From Candidatus Eiseniibacteriota bacterium (GTDB lineage Bacteria > Eisenbacteria > RBG-16-71-46), in the NCBI GenBank assembly GCA_963717505.1, contig OY970342.1, positions 3,904,001 through 3,968,000 of the forward strand: a DNA stretch of 64,000 bases. The letters run 5' to 3'. Both the position numbers and the translations under genes were made by a program. Shown here piece by piece: positions 8,589 to 20,129 of this stretch. The notes beneath the pieces are model-generated. The model was not told the origin of the DNA, searched no databases, and saw only the letters and a list, made by a program, of their open reading frames with translations. Every line of letters starts with the position of its first letter. Position 1 is the first letter of the stretch.

Positions 8589-11500
8589 ACCGCCGGTAGA
8601 GCGCCCGGTTCGCGTTTGGGCGCCGCCTTGGGTCCCCACCGCCACACGCGCGCCGCCAGGTTCTGCGAGTCCTCGATCACCGTGTAGAGCATGGGCACGA
8701 GCAGCAGCGTGAGCACGGTCGCCGACGCCAGGCCGCCGATCACCGTGCGCGCCAGCGGGAAGTACATGATGTCGCCGACGTTGGCCTTGCCGATCGCGAG
8801 CGGCAAGAGGCCGAGGATGGTCACGGTCGTGGTCATCAGGATCGGACGCAGACGGTGGCGTCCCGCCTGGAGAATCGCCTCCGTGCGGTCCAGGCCGCGC
8901 TCGCGCAGCTGGTGCATGTGGTGGATGAGCACGATGCCGTTGTTCACCACGATACCCATCAGGATCAGGATTCCGATCTGCGACATCAGGTTGAACGGCG
9001 TCCCGGTGATCAGGTCGAGCCAGGCGATGCCGACGAACGCGAACGGCAGCGCAAACATGATCGCGAACGGGTGGCTCAGCGACTCGAACAGCCCGGCCAT
9101 CACGAAATAGACCAGGAACAGCGCGAGCAGCATGTTGATCAGCAGCTCCTGCTGGGTCTGGTCCTCCTCCTCGAAGCCAAACCCGTACGACCACGAGTAC
9201 CCGGCCGGGAACGTCATCGCCGTTCATCACGCGGGTGGCTTCCTTGCGCACCTCGCCGCCTTTGCTCGCGGCGAAATTGCCGCCGACCACCACGATCGAG
9301 CGGCGCTGTTGGCGCTGGATCTGGCCGGGGGTTTCGACCGTGCGGAAGTCGGCGACCGCGGCGAGCGGCACGCGCTCGCCCTCGGGGGTGAACAGCGACA
9401 TGTCTTCGAGCTGGCTCATGCGCTCGCGGTCTTCGGGAGCCAGGCGCGCGTTGACTTCGACGTCGCCATCCGGACCCCGGAACCGGGCCAGCGGCCGCCC
9501 GCGGAAGAACAGCGCGACATCCCCCGCGACTCCGGAGGGCGTGAGACCGTAGTGCCGCGTCTCGGGCCCGCGCACCGAAACCTGGACCTCGCGTCGCCCC
9601 TTCTCGCCGCCGACCGCCACGTCGGTCAAGCCCTCGACCTGCGACAGCCGGCGCTCGACCTCTTCGGCCAGCATGTCCATGCGCGGCCCGGGATCGCCGA
9701 ACAATCGCACCACCAGCCGGGACGCCCCGGATTCTTCGTCCTGCCCCTGCAGCTCGAGCTTGGCGCCCGGCAGCTCGGGAATGCGCTTGCGCATCCATTC
9801 GCGGACCTCTTGCGCCCCGTCGTCGCTTGCGTGCGAATCCTCGAGGTAGGCGCGGGTAAACGCGAAGTTGTTGGTGAAGAACGAGTAGGTGGACTTGACG
9901 TGCATCGAGTCCTTGTTCGCGCGGATCCAGGACTCGATCCGCGTCACGTAGCGCTCGGCTTCGAGATGATTCACGTTGTCCGCGAATTCGTAGGTGACCT
10001 GCACCGACTCGACCTTGGTGCCGGTGAACGCGCTCTTGTCCACCGGCATGAAGGCTGCGACCGCCGATGCGAACAGAACGAAGCCGAAGGCCGTGGTTCG
10101 CACACGGTGGACCAGCGTCCACTCCAGCAACCGCTGGTACCTGTCCCCGAGCCATTCGACCACGCCGATACGCGGCGAGATCCCGCCGGGCAGGACGCGT
10201 CCCATCGCCAGCGGAATCGCGGTCAAGCGACAGGAACAACGAGCAGAGCAGCGTGAAGATGATGGTGCGCCCGACCTCGCCGATCCAGGTCGAGATCTCG
10301 GTGCGCGCCGCCGAGCACCAGCGGCAGGAACACGATCATCGAGGTCATGGTCGAGCTGATCACCGCCGGCAGCACTTCACGCGAGCCGCGCAGCGCGGCC
10401 CGCATCCGGCCCATGCCTTCGATGCGCAGGCGCTCGATGCTCTCGAGCACCACGACGGCGTTGTCGACGAGCATACCGACGGCCAGCATCAGCCCCATCA
10501 TCGACAGGATGTTGAGTGTGCGTCCGGTGAAGAACATCAGAGCCGCGGCCGCGAGCAGCGACACCGGAATGGTCAACGCCACCACCAGCGTTGCGGCCAG
10601 CCGGCGCAGGAAGAAGAACAGGACGCCGGTCGCCAGCAACGCGCCGATGATGCCCGCCTCGAGCAGGCCGTGGATCGAGTTGCGGATCTGCTCGGCCTGG
10701 TCGGTGAAGGTCAGCACCTGGATGCCTTCCAGCGCCGGATCGTCCTTCATGGTCGCCAGCACCTTGCGGGCGCGCGACGCCACCGCCACGGTGTTGGCGC
10801 CCGATTCCTTGATGACGTTGAGCCCGATCGCGCGCGTGTCGTCGAGGTGGCGGCCGTAGTCGAGGTCGGGCTCGGCATAGGCCACGGTCGCCACGTCGCC
10901 GAGCCTCAGACCCTGGTCGTTGATCGGGAAGCTCTTCGATCTCCTCGAGGCTGCGGAACTGGTTGACGACCCGCAGCGGCCACTCCTGGTCGCCCCGACG
11001 CAACTGGCCGGCATTGAGGCTGCGGTTGGAGGCGTCGAGCTTCTCGACCACGTCCCGGGCCTCGAGCCCGTGGCGGCGGAGCGCGTCCATGCGGAACAGC
11101 GATCTGCACTTCGGGCGGATCGACGCCGTACAGCTCGACCTTGGCCACGCCCGGAACGCGGCGCAGCGGGTCGGCGATGTGGCGGTTGAGCAGCTCGTAG
11201 TCGCGCGACAGGTCGCGGTCGGCCGAGATCCGGCACTCGAGCACCGGAATGTCCGACGAGCGGAAGCTGTTGACGTGGATCTGGTCGACGTCGGCCGGCA
11301 GCTCGGTCGCGGATGCGCTCGAGCTTCTCGCGCGCCTCGACGCGCAGCGGCTCGATGTCCTCGCCCCAGTCGAACTGGACGTAGATGTTGGCCGAGTTCG
11401 CCGACGACCACGAGTTGATCCGCCGCACCCGGCTCAGCGTCGCGAGCGCCTCCTCGGCCGGGCGCGTGATCTCCTCCTCCACCTGGGCCGGCAGCGCGTT

Positions 11501-11656
11501 CGGGTACGGGATGTTGATCTCGAGCCCGGGGAAATCGACCTCGGGCAGGAACGCCAGCGGCAGGCGGGTCGCCGACACGGCGCCCATCACCAGCATGCAC
11601 ACGATCACCATGCTGGCGGTGATCGGGTAGCGCAGGCTCCAGCGCGGCAGGTTCAC
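8585..11656 (-). CDS. RND efflux permease (AcrB/MdtC-like), second subunit; several frameshifts
   Basis: [31 protein letters not shown] spread over ORF pieces 10223-12853, 10906-11244, 8136-10226, 8585-9217. Confidence 0.85.
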
Positions 11657-14600
11657 GACGAGCGGTCCAAGAGTCGCGTACACCGCGGGCATCACGACCA
11701 GCGTGAGCACGGTCGCCGAACAGTGAGCCCGCCGATCAGGGTGATCGCCAGCGGACGCGCGGAGCTCGGCGCCCTCGCCGGTCGCGATCGCCATCGGCAC
11801 CAGACCGAGCACGGTGGTCAGCGTGGTCATCAGGATCGGGCGCAGCGCGGACCGAGCCGGCCTCGACCAGCGCGTCGAGCTTGGCGCGGCCCTGCGTCGC
11901 GCAGCTCGCGTTGGCGTAGTCGACCAGCACGATGCGCGTTGTTGACCACGATCCCGGCCAGCACCACCAGGCCGATCAGCACCATGACGCTGACCGAGGT
12001 GCCGGTGAGCCACCAGGGCGAGCACCACGCCGATCACGCCGATCGGCATCGTGAACATGATCACGAACGGATGCAGCAGCGACTCGAACTGGCTCGCCAT
12101 CACCAGGTAGACCAGGAAGACCGCGAGCAGCAGCGCGAACCGGAGCGAGCCGAACGACTCGCGCCAGCTCGCGGTTCTGGCCGGCCAGCGCGACCTGGAC
12201 GCCCGGCGGCAGGTCCATGCCCGCCAGCGACCGCCTCGATGTCGTCGCGCGGCCGAAGCCAGGTCGCGACCCTGGAGGTTGGCGGTGACCACCGCGGCGC
12301 GCTGCTGGCCGATGCGCCGGATCTCGCCGGGGCCGCGCGCGACCCGGACGTCGGCGACCGCGCCGAGCGGCACGACCGTCCCCTGATTGCGCCCGACTTC
12401 GAGCTGGGCGAGCTCGGCGACCATCGAGCGCTCGTCCTCGGTGGCGCGCACGCGCACGTCGATCTTGCGCTCGAGATCGTTGAACTGGGTCGCCGCCTCG
12501 CCCTGCACGGCGTTCCGCACCAGACGCGAGCGCCGACATCGGGTCCAGGTGCATGGCGGCCAGCCGGTCGCGATCGAACGCGATCTGCACCTCGGGATCG
12601 CCGAGCCGCATCGAGGCTCTCGACGTCGGTCAGCCCCGGGCATCCGCGTCCAGCTCGCGCGACCACGGTCGGCGCCAGCGGCGCGCAGCGTGTCCAGGTC
12701 GTAGGCGTAGATCTCGACTTCGATCGGCGTCTGGAAGCGGAACAGCGACGGCACTTCGTAGTCGTAGGTCAGCCCCGGGCATCGGCGTCCATCGCGTCGC
12801 GCAGCACGGTGGCCACGGCCGTCCTCGGCCTTGCGGTCGTCGGCGCGTTTCATGCACCACCGCGATCTGGCCGCGGTTGGCCTCGCGCGCCGAGCCGGCG
12901 AACGCCGCGAGATCGGTCTGCCCGGCGCTGGTGTGAACGAACTTGACCCGCGGGTCCTTGCGCACCTGGGCGGCGAGCTGCTCGAGCGCGCTGGTCGGTG
13001 ACGTGCAGCGCCGTGCCCCGGCGGCAGTCGTCACGTTGAAGCGGAACTCGCCCTGGGTGAACGGCGGGAACAGATTCCGCGGCAGCGGAGATCCGACCGC
13101 CAGCGATGCCACGAACGCCAGCGTGGACCAGCCCAGCACGGCGCACCGGCCGCGCGAGCGCCGCCGCGCAGAACCACGGGATAGCTGCGCGTCGAGCGGC
13201 GCTCATCCCGGCGTCGAACGGCTGCAGCAGACGATCGACCCACGGCCGAATGCAGATGTCCCGCCTGACGCCACCAGCCAGGTGACGAACCGGCGGCAGT
13301 GCCAGCAGGACGAAGAGCCACCCATCGATTCGCCGTCGCGCAGCGACCCGGGCGATTCGCTTCGGCTCCTATCCCCGGCGCCGGATGCGCGACGGATCCA
13401 CGACCCAGGACGCCGTAGATGGTCGGCACCAGCGTCAGGGCGACAACCAGCGAGGCCAGCTGCGAGAAGGTGATGATCAGCGCCTGGTCGCGGATCAGCT
13501 GTCCGGCCAGTCCCTCGACGAAGACCAGCGGGCACGAACACCGCGACCGTGGTGAGCGTCGAGGCGGTGACCGCCATCGCCACGTTCGCCGGTGCCGCGG
13601 CGCGCGGCGCTCGCCGGCGTCGAGGCCCTCCTCGCGCTTCGGAAGATGCTCTCGAGCACGACGATCGAGTTGTCCACCAGATTGCCGACGCCGAGCGCCA
13701 GGCCGCCGAGCGACATGAGGTTGAGCGACAGCGCCGAAGCGGTACATGACGATGAACGTCGCGAGCACCGAGACCGGGATCGCGAGCGCGATGATCAGCG
13801 TCGTGCGCAAGTCGCGCAGGAATGCGAAGAGCACCAGGACCGCCAGCAGGCCGCCCAGCAACAGCGGAGGTCATGACGTCGTCGATCGCGGCGCGATGAA
13901 GCGCGACTGGTCGGCGACCGCGACCAGCTTCAGGTCGCGAGGCAACGGGATCGCCTTGGCGCGGCCCTGGACGGCGGGGCGACCGCCACGGTGTTGGCGT
14001 CGCCCTCCTTGTAGATCCGCGATCTCGACTGATTCCTCGCCGTCGACCCGGGCCACGACCTCGCGGTCCGCGCGCCACGCGAAACTGTGGCCACGTCCGA
14101 GACCCGAACCACGCCGTCATCGCGCACCGCCAGGATGACCTCGGCGATCTCTGCGGGCTCGGCGAACTGGTTGATCGCGCGCACCAGGTACTCGGAGCGC
14201 CCTCGGTCAGCGAGCCGCCGGCCAGGTTGATGTTCTCGTCGCGCAGGCGTTGAGTGACGTCGGCGAGCGACAGCCCCACCGCCGAGAGCCGGGCGGCATC
14301 GACGTCGACCTGGATTTCCTCTTCCTCGCCACCCGACGACGCGCACCGCGGCCACGCCCGAGACGCCCTCGAGGTCGCGCTTGACCGTCTGCTCGGCGAT
14401 CCGGCGCAGCCGGCGCAGGTTGCCGCCGCCCGAGAGTCGGTAGCGCAGGATCGGGTCGAGCGCCGGGTCGAAGCGCAGGATCGCCGGCCGCTCGCGCCTC
14501 ACGCGGTAGCGTGACCAGGTCCAGCTTCTCGCGCACCGAGAGCGACGCCAGGTCCATGCGCGTTCCGGAGCTGGAACTCGAGGGTGACCTCGGACTGGCC

Positions 14601-14858
14601 GGGACGCGAGATCGAGTGCATGCGCACGAGACCGGGCACCACGCCTGCCGCTTCCTCGACCGGGCGAGTGACGAACTGCTCGACGTCGCCGGGGGCGGCG
14701 TCGGGCAGATTGGTGCGCACCGTGAGCGACGGGTAGGAGATATCGGGCAGCAGGTCGACGGCGAGGCGCGTCTGGGCTACCAGCCCGAAGATCGCCACCG
14801 CGGCGGTGGCCATGAACACCGTGATCGGCCGGCGGATCGACCCTTCGACCAGGCGCAT
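11653..14858 (-). CDS. RND efflux permease (AcrB/MdtB-like), first subunit; many frameshifts
   Basis: [63 protein letters not shown] in successive frames. Confidence 0.85.
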
Positions 14859-14865
14859 GTGCGGC

Positions 14866-15967
14866 CTACAAGGTGACGGCGCGGATCTTCGATCCGGGCT
14901 TGAGGCCGCCCTGACCGACGGTGACGACGCTGTCCCCCGACGACACCCCGTTCAGGATCTGCGCCGTGTCGTTCTCCGACGGCTCCGACGGTCACCGAGA
15001 CCCGATTGACGCTGTCGCCGCGTGCGACGAACACGAATGACTCGCCGTCCTCGGTGATCACGCCACGGCGCGGAATCAGCAGCGCTCGATCGAACGTGCC
15101 AGTCTTGAGCCGAACTCGGGCGAACGTGCCGGGACGCAGGGCGCCCGATGAATTGGGCACTTCGACCGTGACCTTGAACGTGCCGTTGGCGCGATCCACC
15201 ACCGGATTGACGATCGCGACCCGGGCCGGGAACGACTGTCCGGGATGGGTGTCGAACGTGAGTTCGGCGATCTGGCCGAGGCGCACACGCGCCAGCTCGC
15301 GCTCGGGGAAGTAGAGGCGCGCGAGCACCGGATCGAAGTCCACGAGCCGGAAGCACTCGCGGCCCTCGGGGACGGTCTCGCCCAGGTGGACCATGCGCTC
15401 GACCAGTCGTCCCGAGAACGGCGCGACGATCCGCGTCTGGGTCAGGTCGTATCGCGCCTGCTCGAGTGCCACCCAGGCGTTGCGAACCCCCAGCTCCTTT
15501 TCATCCAGCTCCTTCTGGCTCAGGTAATCCTTGGCCTGGAGCTGCTGCCCGCGATCGTGCTCGCGTTTAGCCAGTTCCCAGGCCAGTTCGGTGCGCTCGA
15601 CCGCCAGCCGGGCCTCGGTGTCGTCGAGGCGGACCAGCACCTGCCCTTTGGTGACGTAGGCACCCTCCTCGACCAGCACCTCGACGATCGGACCCTCGGC
15701 GCGCGCCACCAGGGTCGCGGTGTTTTGGGCCTCGAGCGTCGCGGTGGTTTCGAGGAAGGTCGAGATCGGGCCCGAGAGCACCGCCGAAAGCTCGACCGGC
15801 GCGGGAGGCGGCGCTTTGTCGTCCTTCTTCTTGTCGGACTTGCCGTTGCTGCCCGCGTTGCGCGCGATCAGCAGGCTCGCGATCGCAACGCCGACAATGA
15901 CCACGCCAACCGCGGACCAGATCATGATGCGGCGCGGCCGTCGCTTGATCGGACGATCTTCGATCAC
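14866..15967 (-). CDS. RND periplasmic adaptor (membrane fusion protein); frameshift near C-terminus
   Basis: TM anchor, VEEGAYVTKGQVLVRLD, IVAPFSG, LRPGTF; true C-terminus VVTVGQGGLKPG in another frame. Confidence 0.88.
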
Positions 15968-16263
15968 GGGGACCTCCTCGGCCGCACCCGGGCGGCAGCC
16001 TGCCGGACAGCGATTCCCGGTCGAGCCGTCGCCCGTCCGGCGGGAGCCTCAGGGCGGTGCGAAATCGGACCTGGAGTCCCAAGCTGACGCGGATGTCGAT
16101 GCTTACGCAAGCCTCGACCGGTGGGTTGCGTGACTGTCGGACGAACGCGGCATTCAGGCCCCGCGAGCGCTGAACCGCCCGGGCTGAAGGTCCGTCGGAC
16201 CGGGTTCCGTCGCGGGTCCGGCATTGAGCCAGTCGACCCCGGAGGGGTATTCCGCCCGGGGGG

Positions 16264-17628
16264 TCAGCCCTGGTAGTAGCGGTCCGCCACCTCGAGGGCC
16301 TTGTCGATCGCGGCCAACCCCTCGCGCGCTTCGTCCGGCGTGGTGGTGCATGGCGGCGTCACCTGCAGCCGGTTGAAATGAGCGAACGGCCAGACGCCGC
16401 CCGCCTTGCAGGCGCTCATCAGCTCGACCATCGGCTGGGCCGCCGGCCCCGCGGCGTTGAACGGCACCAACGGCTCACGCGTGTCGCGATTGCGCACCAG
16501 CTCGATCGCCCAGAACACGCCGAGCCCGCGCACCTCGCCGACGCTCGGGTGCCTGGCGGCGATCCTTTCCAGCTCGGGACCGATCACCTCGGCGCCCAGG
16601 CGCCGGGCGTTCTCGATGATCCGTTCCTCCTTGAAGACCCCGATGCTGGCCACGATCGACGCGCACGCCAGCGGATGCCCCGAATAGGTGAGGCCACCCA
16701 GGTACACGCGATCCTTGAAGGTCTCGGCGATGCGCCGGCTGATGATCACGCCGCCGACCGGGACGTAACCCGAGTTGGAGCCCTTGGCGAAGGCGATCAG
16801 ATCGGGCGTCACCTTCCAGCGGTCGACCGCGAACCATTCGCCACAGCGTCCGAAACCGGCCATGACTTCGTCGCAAATCATGACGATGCCGTGCTTGGTG
16901 CACAGATCGCGCACGCCCTGCAGGTAGCCATCCGGCGGCACCAGGATGCCGTTGGTGCCGACCACGGTCTCGAGCACGATCGCGGCCACCGTGTGCGGCC
17001 CCTCGACCATCAGGACGTTCGACAGATGCTCGAGCGCACGCGCGCATTCTTCGGCGGCATCCCGCGCGTGGAACGCGGATCGATAGAGATAGGGACCCCA
17101 GAACTTGACGATCCCGGGCATGCCCGGCTCGCTCCCCCATCGGCGGGGATCGCCGGTCATGGTGATCGAAGTTCCGGTGGCACCGTGATAGCTGCGATAG
17201 GCGGTCAGCACCTTGTGGCGGCCGGTGTGTCCGCGCGCCATCCGCACCGCGTTCTCGTTCGCCTCGGCGCCGCCGTTGGTGAAGAACACCATGTCGAGAT
17301 CGCCCGGAGCCAGCTCGGCGATCAGGCGCGCGGCCTCGCTGCGCATGTCGTTGGCGTGGAACGGCGCAATGGTGCACAGGCGCGCCGCCTGTTCCTGGAT
17401 CGCGGCGATCAGCTTGGGATGCTGGTGCCCGATGTTGACGTTGACCAGCTGGCTGGAGAAATCGAGCCAGGTGTTGCCCTTGTCGTCCCACATGCGGGAG
17501 CCCTTGGCCCCGGCGATCACCGTGGGCTTGAGCGCCCCCTGGGCCGACCAGGAGTGGAAGACGTGGGCGCGGTCGTTGGCGTAGGCGCTGTCGAGATAGG
17601 GCGAGGTGTGCGTTTCGAGGTGGGTCAT
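16264..17628 (-). CDS. Class III PLP aminotransferase (taurine/omega-amino acid:pyruvate-like)
   Basis: FFTNGGAEANE, SYHG, DEVMAGFGRCG, PDLIAFAKG, GLTYSGHP. Confidence 0.92.
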   Translation of the reverse strand: MTHLETHTSPYLDSAYANDRAHVFHSWSAQGALKPTVIAGAKGSRMWDDKGNTWLDFSSQLVNVNIGHQHPKLIAAIQEQAARLCTIAPFHANDMRSEAARLIAELAPGDLDMVFFTNGGAEANENAVRMARGHTGRHKVLTAYRSYHGATGTSITMTGDPRRWGSEPGMPGIVKFWGPYLYRSAFHARDAAEECARALEHLSNVLMVEGPHTVAAIVLETVVGTNGILVPPDGYLQGVRDLCTKHGIVMICDEVMAGFGRCGEWFAVDRWKVTPDLIAFAKGSNSGYVPVGGVIISRRIAETFKDRVYLGGLTYSGHPLACASIVASIGVFKEERIIENARRLGAEVIGPELERIAARHPSVGEVRGLGVFWAIELVRNRDTREPLVPFNAAGPAAQPMVELMSACKAGGVWPFAHFNRLQVTPPCTTTPDEAREGLAAIDKALEVADRYYQG

Positions 17629-19097
17629 GAAGGATATGATACGTGACGTGAGAGCACTACGAAAACTGCGGTGCAGTTGCGTGAGTCGGAGCGGGCCGGA
17701 GGCCACGCTTCCGAAATCAAGCGCCGTGGGGTAGATCGAGCACTCGCAACCGAGGTGACGATGCCCTGGATCGTCGCGAAGACGTCGGAACAGCCTTCGT
17801 CACTGGAGCGGATGCGCCACTCGCCCAAGGTGGTATCGCAGCGCGTCGGCTGGCCGACGCTGAGGTCGGCTCTCCAGCAGAGGGTGAAGGTGCGCGACTG
17901 CCCGGCGTTCAGGCTGTACGGCGGACTGCTTCCCGCACCACTGATCGTCACGCCATCGAGCAGGATGGTGCCCGTGTCCCAGCCGATTTGCTGGGCACTC
18001 AAGTTGCCGGTCTGCAGCGTGCTCGAATTGTTCTTGAGCGTCAGGCTGCCACAGCGGATCTCGCCGGGCCGGAAGTAGCCGAAGTGGATCTGCTCAGGCT
18101 GGTAGGAGCAGCCGATCACGCCGCTGCCCCAGCAGCTGAGCGGCGGGCAGCCGGCTCCGACGTTGACTTCGCAGGTGTGGTCGCCGACGTAGATCGGCTC
18201 AAAGCGCACGATGAAGGTCTGGCGCTCGCCCGGACCCAGGTCGTAGCTCGCTTGGCCGGCAATGCTGAAACCGGGGCAACTCTCGGTAACCGTGCCCGCC
18301 AGGTTGCTGGTGCCCACATTCGTGAGCTCGAAGGTGGCGTCGGAGCGAGTGCCCAGCGCCTGCTGCGGGAACAAGAGACCGCTGACGGAGAGCTGGCAGG
18401 CGGGATCGACGGGAACCCCGGTGCCGGTGCACATGATTGCTGGGCAGCCGGAGGCGGTGATCGTGCAGCTTTGGATCCCGGCTTGGCTTGGGTGGAAGCG
18501 GATCGTGAGGGTCTCTGACTGGCCTGGGCCCAAGTCGTAGCCCGTCAGGCCCTCGATCGCGAAGGCTGGGCAAGATTCGGCGAGGCTTCCGACCAGCCGG
18601 CGAGTTCCGGTGTTCGTGACGGTGAAGGTTCGATCCAGGACCTGACCGACGGTCACGCTACCGAAATCAAGGGTGGCCGGCGATACAGCACAAGTATCCG
18701 GTCCCGGGATCCCCGTGCCCTGGCAGGCCACGATGCATGCGGCCTGGCCGGTCGAGACCGTACAGCGATATGCACCCTCCGCCGGAGGAGAGAAGCGGAC
18801 CGCGATGATGACGGATTGGCCCACGCTCAGGACGTAGTCGGAGCTCCCAGCAATCAGGAAGCCGGTGCAGTTGGCGGTCAACGCTCCCGACAGGACACCG
18901 TCGCCGGCGTTGGTCAGGGTCACCTGCCGGTCCGCGGACGATCCGACGGCGACGCTTCCAAAATTCATGCTCGTGGCACTGAGCGAGCACTGGGGCGACG
19001 GCGGTGCCGTCGGGGGATCGGATTTCTTGGCACACGCCAGCGCCGCCGCAACAAGCGTGAACAGGACGTACGAGGAGATGCGAGGGTTGGGCTTCAC
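17625..19097 (-). CDS. Lipoprotein with ~4 Cys-rich ASH/choice-of-anchor-D Ig-like repeats
   Basis: Lipobox ALA-C; repeats C..S...(L/M).FG.V.VG...D....(L/V)TN.G...L.G; GTGA overlap with recombinase stop. Confidence 0.78.
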   Translation of the reverse strand: MKPNPRISSYVLFTLVAAALACAKKSDPPTAPPSPQCSLSATSMNFGSVAVGSSADRQVTLTNAGDGVLSGALTANCTGFLIAGSSDYVLSVGQSVIIAVRFSPPAEGAYRCTVSTGQAACIVACQGTGIPGPDTCAVSPATLDFGSVTVGQVLDRTFTVTNTGTRRLVGSLAESCPAFAIEGLTGYDLGPGQSETLTIRFHPSQAGIQSCTITASGCPAIMCTGTGVPVDPACQLSVSGLLFPQQALGTRSDATFELTNVGTSNLAGTVTESCPGFSIAGQASYDLGPGERQTFIVRFEPIYVGDHTCEVNVGAGCPPLSCWGSGVIGCSYQPEQIHFGYFRPGEIRCGSLTLKNNSSTLQTGNLSAQQIGWDTGTILLDGVTISGAGSSPPYSLNAGQSRTFTLCWRADLSVGQPTRCDTTLGEWRIRSSDEGCSDVFATIQGIVTSVASARSTPRRLISEAWPPARSDSRNCTAVFVVLSRHVSYPS

Positions 19098-19771
19098 GGC
19101 GGCAAGTCTCGATACCCGGGGGCGGGTGGTTCATGGACAAAGCCCGAGCCGACGCTTGCCGGCTGAGTCTGGTACGCCGCGCCTGAGTCCGGATGCACGA
19201 TCCACGGCGATCGCTCGAGCTGCTCGAAGAGCGCGGCGCGATGTCGGTCGGTGATCCGCGCGTAGATCGAGGTGCTCCGAATCGACTGATGTCCGAGGTG
19301 ATCCTGGACGAACTCAAGACTGACGCCGGCATCCAACAGATGCGTCGCGATCGAGTGCCTCAAGCAGTGGCAGGTGTACCGACTGGGCAGATGCGCGCGA
19401 TCGCGGTAGCGGGCGAACAGGGACTGGATCTGGCGTTTGCGCAGCGGCCCATCGCGCCCGGGGAACAGGGGACCATCCGGACGACCTGGAGCCATGGCCC
19501 GGAATGTCTGCAGCAAGCTTGCTGTCGAGCCGAACAGCGGCCGCTCGGTCCACGCCCCACCCTTGAGTCGCTTGACCACGATCCGGCCGCGTTCGAAATC
19601 GACGTCGCCACGGACAAGGAGTGCTACCTCCCCGACGCGCAGGCCGTAGTGATAGATCAGCGCGAAAAGCGCGCGGTCGCGAGGCTCCGCGATGGCCTGG
19701 AAAAAGGCACGGACTTCGATCTGGGTGAGGTAGCGGGGCAGGCGCTGACTCGCGCCCGCGGGGCGGGGCAT
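19094..19771 (-). CDS. Tyrosine recombinase, catalytic-domain-only (FimB/FimE-like size)
   Basis: YLT..EV, GLRVGE (R), RLKGG (K), HCLRH (HxxR), LGH, TSIY (Y); 225 aa, no N-terminal core-binding domain. Confidence 0.92.
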   Translation of the reverse strand: MPRPAGASQRLPRYLTQIEVRAFFQAIAEPRDRALFALIYHYGLRVGEVALLVRGDVDFERGRIVVKRLKGGAWTERPLFGSTASLLQTFRAMAPGRPDGPLFPGRDGPLRKRQIQSLFARYRDRAHLPSRYTCHCLRHSIATHLLDAGVSLEFVQDHLGHQSIRSTSIYARITDRHRAALFEQLERSPWIVHPDSGAAYQTQPASVGSGFVHEPPAPGYRDLPP

Positions 19772-19801
19772 GGATTCGAGGGGATCAAGGGCGAGACCGG
19801 C

Positions 19802-19829
19802 ACTGCACCTTTTAGCGAAACGGTGCGGT
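19802..19829. other. Putative recombination site A (11-6-11): ACTGCACCTTT-TAGCGA-AACGGTGCGGT
   Basis: Palindromic arms around asymmetric core, 30 bp upstream of recombinase ATG. Confidence 0.7.
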
Positions 19830-19964
19830 GCTTGGGCTTGAGCCGACCGGGCGGGACCTGAGGAGGGTGTCGGCCGGTCGGCCAGGTCAACCGAGGAATC
19901 AGGCCGTGGCAGAAACCGGCGTTCTTGCCGTTACTTCAGCGGATTCTGGGGGCCCAGAGGCGGG

Positions 19965-19992
19965 ACTGCACCTTCTCGCTAGATGGTGCGCT
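19965..19992. other. Putative recombination site B (11-6-11): ACTGCACCTTC-TCGCTA-GATGGTGCGCT
   Basis: Same arms as site A; core is the exact reverse complement of site A core. Confidence 0.7.
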
Positions 19993-20129
19993 AGGAATTC
20001 CAAACATACGCTCTCAAGCTCCGATCGTCAATCCGCTCGCGAAACCGTCCATCTCTCCTCCCTACATTCAATTCAAACGGAGCCCACGGTTACCACCCAC
20101 GCCCAGAAGGTCCCAGTGCTTTCAGCTTG

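Noticed and set aside
8136-10226. Apparent RND-FolB fusion
   Set aside because: Caused by a frameshift near 9215; folB has its own promoter, RBS and TTG start
15968-16263. Possible riboswitch or small gene in the intergenic region
   Set aside because: No recognisable aptamer motif or credible ORF
18864-18871. Extra GGTGCAGT inside the lipoprotein gene
   Set aside because: No partner arm 12 bp away; encodes N-C-T; treated as chance
19802-19829. Chromosomal dif site
   Set aside because: Geometry matches but no XerD arm (TTATGTTAAAT-like) and two copies are present
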